Below, in pieces: positions 33,959 to 40,000 of a stretch of 40,000 bases of DNA; within the stretch, counting starts at the first letter, position 1, and each line of letters opens with the position of its first letter. The notes beneath the pieces are model-generated. The model had not been told where the DNA came from. It saw only the letters and a program-made list of their open reading frames with translations, and made no database searches. The stretch is from the NCBI RefSeq assembly GCF_012113595.1, contig NZ_CP050831.1:4173504-4213503 (forward strand), read 5' to 3'. The translations under genes were made by a program, and so were the position numbers. This stretch comes from Bacteroides faecium. Its GTDB lineage: Bacteria > Bacteroidota > Bacteroidia > Bacteroidales > Bacteroidaceae.

Positions 33959-35425
33959 TTATTTTTCGTAATATACATTCATGGAGATAGTATTAAGCTC
34001 CTTCTTTTCGCCAAGAGTAACACTCTTTATCCATATAATTCCCATTTTATTTTTGCTCGTATTTTTGAAGACAAGAACATTATTTTCGGCTACGGTAGGA
34101 GTGTTTGTTGTGGGATTTATGCTGCCAATATCTTCTTTTATATCTGTGATTTCTCCATTCAATACTTTCTGAATCAAGGCGTTTTCTGTTGTGTTGCCCG
34201 AACTTAATAACTTGAATTGAGTTTTTAGCGAAGTACGTACAGTTGAATAATCTTTGCCATCACTGAAAAGGGTTGATTCACCACATATTTGTGCCTTCAT
34301 GAAATTATCATTGATGTTGGCCGGGTTAAGCAGACGTGCTGCTGCGGTAGTAGTGGCATCCATGGCAAAGTCTACATTTGCTTGATTATCAAACAAATCA
34401 CAAGGGGTAATTGTATGGCCTGCAGAAGCATCGAAAAGAGCACATTCAGTTGCCGGAGCTCCTAATGTTACATTTTCCCAATGATAATAAGATAGTACTA
34501 CCGTGGCTTTCTTCACCTTCACCGTACCGATAGAAGCACTTTCTTTATCACTCTTTCCATAAATCAGCGTCACAGTAAATTCTGTATCCTCTTCCACTTC
34601 CGGAGCTTTAAAAGTAAATCCGGTTGCTTCAGGATTCGTAATAGTAATGTCAGATGATGCGCCACCCGCTTTTGTCAGGCGGACTGCTTTCACAACATTC
34701 AGATTTGTTCCTTCAATCGTGATGTCTTTTCCGGTTTCTACTTCCTGTGTTTCGCTGGTTACGCTGCCGCCGGGAACAACCTCTTTGACCGTAAACTTAC
34801 CCGGTACAACCAACTTCTGGTCGTTACCCAATGAATTATCATAAACAAGAATGATTGTAAATTCGGTATCCGTATCTACTTCCGGGGCTTTGAAAGTTAT
34901 TTCCGTTGCTTTCTTATTATCAATCGTAATCGACTCTCCGTTAGCTTGCAGAGCTTTGATGATACCTAAGTCTGTTCCAGTAATAGTGATAATATCGCCC
35001 GGTTTCACTTCACCCGATAGGGTAGTGGAAGTTGTAGGAATAACAGGTGCGATATAAACAGTCAGTTCCTCGCATACGACAAGACGATGCACGGAATTGT
35101 ACAATACAGCGAGAGGAACGACTTTTGTCTCTTCGAACACTTCGGTAGGTACATAAACCGTGAGTGATTGATGGTCACGCTCTGCTTGCGGTGTCTTGAT
35201 GTCAATCGTAGTGGCGTCACCGAAATACACTTTAGAGATAAGATGCATATTCGCACCTGTCAGAGTGATTGTCTCTCCCGGTTGCACGGTGGTTGCTCCT
35301 ATCGTGTTGATAGAGGTCTGCGGAATGTCAATGTCATTATCGCGGGTACATCCGTTCAGCAGGCATATCAGGCAGCACAGGGCTGCCGTCAATGCGGTGG
35401 TTAATGTATAATTTCTTTTTTTCAT
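33959..35425 (-). CDS. IPT/TIG-repeat surface lipoprotein (candidate surface glycan-binding protein)
   Basis: 488-aa ORF with lipobox LICLLNGC-TRDN. Repeated IPT/TIG-like modules: PGETITLTGANMHLISKVYFGD, PGDIITITGTDLGIIKALQANG and TGKDITIEGTNLNVVKAVRL. The C-terminal domain is distinct. Confidence 0.75.
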   Translation of the reverse strand: MKKRNYTLTTALTAALCCLICLLNGCTRDNDIDIPQTSINTIGATTVQPGETITLTGANMHLISKVYFGDATTIDIKTPQAERDHQSLTVYVPTEVFEETKVVPLAVLYNSVHRLVVCEELTVYIAPVIPTTSTTLSGEVKPGDIITITGTDLGIIKALQANGESITIDNKKATEITFKAPEVDTDTEFTIILVYDNSLGNDQKLVVPGKFTVKEVVPGGSVTSETQEVETGKDITIEGTNLNVVKAVRLTKAGGASSDITITNPEATGFTFKAPEVEEDTEFTVTLIYGKSDKESASIGTVKVKKATVVLSYYHWENVTLGAPATECALFDASAGHTITPCDLFDNQANVDFAMDATTTAAARLLNPANINDNFMKAQICGESTLFSDGKDYSTVRTSLKTQFKLLSSGNTTENALIQKVLNGEITDIKEDIGSINPTTNTPTVAENNVLVFKNTSKNKMGIIWIKSVTLGEKKELNTISMNVYYEK

Positions 35426-35437
35426 GTTCTTTCTTTT

Positions 35438-36982
35438 TTAGCGTTGATAGTAAAGGTCGAATGTGATGTAAGCAATACCCTGATTATTCTTATCGCCATT
35501 ATTGATGTTGTTGGCCTGACCATAATCTACGTGTACTTCCAGAATGTCGAGAATACCGTATTTATCCTTGTGGTTATTGTAGAATACAACTACACTGCCG
35601 GCATCAAATATCTGTTCGCTCACTGTACCCGCCGCTTCTGATGATTTACGTGTACGGGCAGAACTCTTGGTTATATTCAGACTGGTAAAGAGCGATGGAG
35701 TAATTTCCAACTGGTCTCTTCCTGCCCTGATTTGTTCGATAAGCGCTGCATGAGTTGTTGCGTTCAATACAAAGAACCTCGTTTGTACTGCCGTGAAAGG
35801 TGCGAATATCGTGAAGTTCTCCGCATTAGGTACAGCAGCCGTTCCACACCAGTAATTCTTCAGATTATTCTTCGTATTTGCCGGGTCGGGATTAAGAATG
35901 GCATCCGGTGAGTTGAATGCAAAGTCCAGTCCGCTGTTCACATAACCCGCAAAGTCTATCTTGTCAAAATTCTCTTCATCTTTCAGAACGCAAGGAGTAC
36001 AGATAGGATTGCCGTCGGCAGAATTACCATTCAGCATACTGCCATAACCATACTTACTGTTACGTGTCCCTATCGCCTGATTGGCACTGAACAAGTTCTT
36101 CATGCGAATCACCTGGCAAGCATCGGACAGAGTAATTTCCTTCGTCTCCTTATAATACGTCACTTTGATTTTCACTGTGCTTGTCTCCGCCAAAGTCGGC
36201 ACTCTGAACACAATTACATTCTCTTCCCGGCTGACCGGCGCACACTTTTCTTCTCCGAAATAAATATACTCAATCAGGTTGAGATATTTACCGCTCAATG
36301 TGAGCAGGCTTCTTTCCATCAGGCTTGCCTGGTCTATCTTCTCTATTTCCGGTTCATCTTTTTCTACGGCGAAGTCGTCGGATTCCCCTTTAACTTCAGA
36401 TTCACCACCTGTCTGATTCGTATATTTCAAAGCAACGGTTGCATTATCATCAATGATAAAAGGCACTTTTACAGCAATCTCTTTTTCACTCTGATAGATA
36501 ATTTCTCCCTCTTCTCCGCCCATAAGGACTTTGGAGATAATATCAAGATTGCTGCCTAGAATTTCAACATTGTTGCCCACTCTTCCGCTTTTCGGGAAAC
36601 TCGTCACACTTGGAGTCGGATAAATCACTGTGAACGATTGTGTGCTCTCCGCACGTGCGCCTTGGCTGGAGTCGTCTTTACGCGAAGTAGAAAGAACAAT
36701 CTTTCCGCTCTTTGTGCCTTCACGTGGCACTACGATAACAATTTCCTGCTGTGACAGCTTATAAAGTATCTGTGCTTCCACACCACCGACGGTGGCGGAC
36801 ACTATATCGCGCAAGTTACTACCTTTGACAGTCACCTCCGTACCGGCTTTCCCGCTTGCGGGAGCAAACTCGCTGATTTCCGGTGCGCCCTGTGTCTCAG
36901 TCTCAATATTTAACTTTTCGTTGCAACTCGTCAGCATGACAAGTACAAAGAGAACCAATAGATTATATAGTTTATTTTTCAT
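35438..36982 (-). CDS. IPT/TIG-repeat surface lipoprotein (candidate surface glycan-binding protein)
   Basis: The start is placed at MKNKLYNLLVLFVLVMLTSC (ATG 36982), which gives a lipobox and avoids overlap with the susD-like stop. IPT/TIG modules: GTEVTVKGSNLRDIVSATVGGVEAQILY, GNNVEILGSNLDIISKVLMGGEEGEIIY and LTLSGKYLNLIEYIYFGEE. Confidence 0.75.
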   Translation of the reverse strand: MKNKLYNLLVLFVLVMLTSCNEKLNIETETQGAPEISEFAPASGKAGTEVTVKGSNLRDIVSATVGGVEAQILYKLSQQEIVIVVPREGTKSGKIVLSTSRKDDSSQGARAESTQSFTVIYPTPSVTSFPKSGRVGNNVEILGSNLDIISKVLMGGEEGEIIYQSEKEIAVKVPFIIDDNATVALKYTNQTGGESEVKGESDDFAVEKDEPEIEKIDQASLMERSLLTLSGKYLNLIEYIYFGEEKCAPVSREENVIVFRVPTLAETSTVKIKVTYYKETKEITLSDACQVIRMKNLFSANQAIGTRNSKYGYGSMLNGNSADGNPICTPCVLKDEENFDKIDFAGYVNSGLDFAFNSPDAILNPDPANTKNNLKNYWCGTAAVPNAENFTIFAPFTAVQTRFFVLNATTHAALIEQIRAGRDQLEITPSLFTSLNITKSSARTRKSSEAAGTVSEQIFDAGSVVVFYNNHKDKYGILDILEVHVDYGQANNINNGDKNNQGIAYITFDLYYQR

Positions 36983-37001
36983 ACTATTTTCGTTTGATGG
37001 A

Positions 37002-38492
37002 TTAGTAATTCGGATTCTGGGTAACAATGCTCGGATTATTATCTATCACACTTTGTGGGATAGGAAGCAACAATTGCCAGTTATCAATCTTATTAACCGT
37101 GAAGGCATACTTGTCATAGAAGCCTTCTGTTTCCGTGATTTGTTTATTGATTGTTTCCACCGCTTTTCCCCAACGCACGAGGTCGAACCACCGCTGATTT
37201 TCGAAAGCCAGTTCCAGACGGCGTTCTTTTTCGAGTCTCTCGCGGAAAGCGGAGCGGACAGGTACTTCGGAAGCATCAATAGCATCCAATCCGGCACGTC
37301 GGCGCACTTCGTTGAGATATGGCAGTCCGGTGGCAGGGCCATCCGTTTCGTTCAGTACTTCGGCATACATCAACAGTACGTCTGCATGACGAATAACAGG
37401 CCAGTCGTTTTCAGCATCATAGCGTACGCTGACAGGAGAAACAAACTTCTTGATATACGCTGACTGGTCTGAAATGACCACCGGGTCTTTCTTGCCCGGG
37501 TCAATATAATGGTCGCTTACACTGGCATCTTTACGTAAATCTCCTTCCGGATAAATACCCAACACCTCGGTAGTCGGATAGTTACGTCCGTCACCATCAC
37601 CCGTCACTACATTCGCGCCACTTTTGGTCGGAGCGAAAGTATTGGCGAAAGGAGAGCCAATACCTAGACTACCCGATTTGTAACGGACAGCGAAGATAAT
37701 CTCATCATTCATTTCCTTGGATATGTCGAATACGTCGGAATAACTGATGGTTAACCGGTCACCTTTTACGTCTACTACTGATTTGAGCAATCCTTTGGCT
37801 TCCGTATATTTCCCGATAGTCAGATAGACTTTGGCTAATAGGGATTGAGCTGCTACCTGAGTGACACGTCCTAAATCGGCAACGTCATACGTTACGCCTT
37901 CCAGGTCGTCAACGGCTGTCTGAAGGTCGTCGATAATCTGCTTGTAAGTAGCTTCCACACTGCTACGGTCTTTCTTCATGGCTTCTGCCACGCTCAACTC
38001 TTCCGTCACGATGAAAGTAGGGCCGAAAAGACGCACCAGGTTGAAGTAATGATAGGCACGGATGAAACGTACTTCTCCCTCAAATTGTGCCCGTTTCTTC
38101 TCATTGGCTACAACAGCCAGGTTTTCAGGGGCGAGTACATTGTTGCAACTGTTGATATTGCTGTAAGTTGCTTCCCAATAAGTACGTATGTTCGCGTTGC
38201 TGGCATCCATTGTACCAAGGTCAAGCGCCTGCTGTTGCAGGAACGCATCGTTGGTGGAACTGTTGCTGTTCATGCGGGTATTGTCCGCACGCAGTTCGGT
38301 AAGCGTCCATTCGATGTTCAACGGAGCCTGCATTCCACCGTAGCAGCCGATAACGGCAGTATTCATTTCAGCTTCATTCTTGTAGAACGAACCGTCGGGG
38401 ATATAGGAGTCCGGCGTAATGTTGAGGTCACAGGAAGAGAGCCCCAGCAAGCAAGCGGACAGACTAGCGATAAATGTATGTTTTAGTTTCAT
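37002..38492 (-). CDS. RagB/SusD family nutrient-binding outer-membrane lipoprotein
   Basis: 496-aa ORF with lipobox LLGLSSC-DLN. SusD hallmarks: RFIRAYHYFNLVRLFG and ERRLELAFENQRWFDLVRWG. Confidence 0.9.
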   Translation of the reverse strand: MKLKHTFIASLSACLLGLSSCDLNITPDSYIPDGSFYKNEAEMNTAVIGCYGGMQAPLNIEWTLTELRADNTRMNSNSSTNDAFLQQQALDLGTMDASNANIRTYWEATYSNINSCNNVLAPENLAVVANEKKRAQFEGEVRFIRAYHYFNLVRLFGPTFIVTEELSVAEAMKKDRSSVEATYKQIIDDLQTAVDDLEGVTYDVADLGRVTQVAAQSLLAKVYLTIGKYTEAKGLLKSVVDVKGDRLTISYSDVFDISKEMNDEIIFAVRYKSGSLGIGSPFANTFAPTKSGANVVTGDGDGRNYPTTEVLGIYPEGDLRKDASVSDHYIDPGKKDPVVISDQSAYIKKFVSPVSVRYDAENDWPVIRHADVLLMYAEVLNETDGPATGLPYLNEVRRRAGLDAIDASEVPVRSAFRERLEKERRLELAFENQRWFDLVRWGKAVETINKQITETEGFYDKYAFTVNKIDNWQLLLPIPQSVIDNNPSIVTQNPNY

Positions 38493-38512
38493 TTCTGTAC
38501 GTTTTAAGATGA

Positions 38513-40000
38513 TTAGAAATTAAGTTCGAATCCGAAGTTGACGGTAGACTGAATCGGGAATCCGCCGCGTTGGTATCCGTTCACCAGTGGTGAAGCGTAC
38601 GAACCGCTTGTCACACGGGCTTCAGGATTGATACCCCGGTAGTCTTTTCCCCAGAAATAGAGCAAGTTCTGACCGGAAGCATACAGGCGAAGCGAGTTGA
38701 GTCCTGCCTTTTTCAGTTTCTTCTTATCAAATGTATAACCTAAAACCACGTCGCGCAGTGCAACGAATGAACCATTTTCAATCATATAGTCGGTGAATTC
38801 CCAGGAGATTCCGGCGGAACCTACTGTCGGAGTGCGTCCGTCGCCCGGATATTCGGCACTAATCCAACGGTCTTTCACGTAGTTGCGATTGAACTTCTTG
38901 GACTCGGTGTAGTATCCGTCACCGTTGAATACATCCAGTCCGCTGACACCCTGAATCAGGAAATAAAGGTCGAATCCTTTCCATCTGAAGGTGTTGGAGA
39001 TACCCCAGGTTGCTTTCGGGAACGGGTTGCCGATGACGGTACGGTCTTTGTCATTGATGACACCGTCGTCGTTGATGTCTACAATTTTAAGACTGCCCGG
39101 AGTGGCGCTTGCCAGGTGCGGTGAAGCATCCAGGTCGGCCTGACTGAGGTAAACGCCGTCCGTCTTGTATCCGAAGAATGAGATAGCGCGATGACCGACT
39201 TGTGCCAAATATGTTTCGTTACGCTCTCCGGTAGAAATCAGCCTTTCTTCGCCGGAGAGTTCGAGCAGCTTGTTGAAGTTGGACGAAATGTTGAACGAAG
39301 TAGTCCATTCGAAGTTCTTGGTGCGAATGTTGTGCGTGTTCAATTCGATTTCGATACCGCTGTTGCGGATACGTCCGATGTTGTTCCAGTAATCGCGGTA
39401 ACCCATGAAGGAAACGACCGGTTGCTTGAACAGAAGTTGCTTGGTGATAGAGTAGTAACCTTCCAGGGTCAGGCTGATACGGTTGTCCAGTGCGCTGAAG
39501 TCGATACCGGCATTGTATTCGTAGGTCTGTTCCCAGGTGATGTCGTAGTTACCTTTCGTAGAGGTCGTCTTGCCCAATCCGGGGACGAGAGCGCCCGTTC
39601 CGCTACCCAGTGCGTAGTTGCTGGCGTATAGCAGGTTGTAGTAAGAGTTGGCGGGGATATTATTGTTACCCGTCACACCGAAGCTGGCACGCAGTTTCAG
39701 CATATTCAGCCAACTGATACCTTTCAGGAAGGATTCTTCCGAAGCACGCCATCCGAGAGATACGGAAGGGAACCAACCCCATTGCTTACCGTCGGCAAAG
39801 AGAGAACTACCGTCTGTACGGATACTGGCGGAGAGCAGGTACTTGTCTGCATAGCTGTAATTGACACGTGCAAGGGCGGACATCATGGCGGTACGGAATT
39901 TTACCGTATTCGTCTGGCTGACATCAAAAGAAGTAGCCGCATTGAGTGTGTGGACATAATCGGTCGGGAAGCCCAAACCTACGATACTCGCAGTGGTTTC
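38513..40000 (-). CDS. SusC/RagA-type TonB-dependent receptor, C-terminal part (gene continues past the window end)
   Basis: The frame is open to position 40000. The barrel sequence has motifs such as SIRTDGSSLF, LKLRASFGVTGNN and GGFPIQSTVNFGFELNF at the C-terminus. The stop is 20 nt before the susD-like start. Confidence 0.9.
   Translation of the reverse strand, partial: ETTASIVGLGFPTDYVHTLNAATSFDVSQTNTVKFRTAMMSALARVNYSYADKYLLSASIRTDGSSLFADGKQWGWFPSVSLGWRASEESFLKGISWLNMLKLRASFGVTGNNNIPANSYYNLLYASNYALGSGTGALVPGLGKTTSTKGNYDITWEQTYEYNAGIDFSALDNRISLTLEGYYSITKQLLFKQPVVSFMGYRDYWNNIGRIRNSGIEIELNTHNIRTKNFEWTTSFNISSNFNKLLELSGEERLISTGERNETYLAQVGHRAISFFGYKTDGVYLSQADLDASPHLASATPGSLKIVDINDDGVINDKDRTVIGNPFPKATWGISNTFRWKGFDLYFLIQGVSGLDVFNGDGYYTESKKFNRNYVKDRWISAEYPGDGRTPTVGSAGISWEFTDYMIENGSFVALRDVVLGYTFDKKKLKKAGLNSLRLYASGQNLLYFWGKDYRGINPEARVTSGSYASPLVNGYQRGGFPIQSTVNFGFELNF

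Overview
This window looks like a Bacteroides-type (Bacteroidota) chromosomal segment. That assignment is inferred from a SusC/SusD locus, TAnnTTTG -7 promoter boxes, an HU-HIG-like gene, an AAA-ATPase-like/PD-(D/E)XK gene and lipoprotein signal peptides; no database search was possible.

Gene order:
- Partial patatin-like phospholipase (-).
- Three-gene RND efflux operon (+).
- Visibly AT-rich three-gene surface-protein islet (-), preceded by a roughly 150-nt imperfect hairpin.
- HU-like gene.
- AAA-ATPase-like/PD-(D/E)XK gene bracketed by 44-bp direct repeats.
- PPi-phosphofructokinase and a GH25 lysozyme.
- Lipoate-dependent 2-oxoacid dehydrogenase operon: lpdA, lplA, E2, fused E1 alpha-beta, flavodoxin.
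- prmA (-).
- Two-gene operon encoding a secreted W/G/Y-rich and S/R-rich low-complexity protein plus a FadL-like barrel.
- Fimbrillin-like lipoprotein and a small deaminase (-).
- Complete group II intron (-).
- ECF sigma / anti-sigma / DUF4252-like / beta-barrel operon (-).
- Gfo/Idh/MocA oxidoreductase (-).
- 3' part of a SusC/SusD locus with two IPT/TIG lipoproteins (-).

Observations most worth a second look:
1. The group II intron sits in the loop of a 23-bp terminator hairpin that also carries the -7 box for the downstream deaminase gene.
2. The low-complexity secreted protein is paired with an outer-membrane barrel.
3. Two unrelated intergenic arrays share one architecture: palindromic units at an exact 22- or 23-bp period, with the first unit flipped.
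4. Direct repeats flank the AAA-ATPase-like gene.

All family names come from recognised motifs, not from searches.
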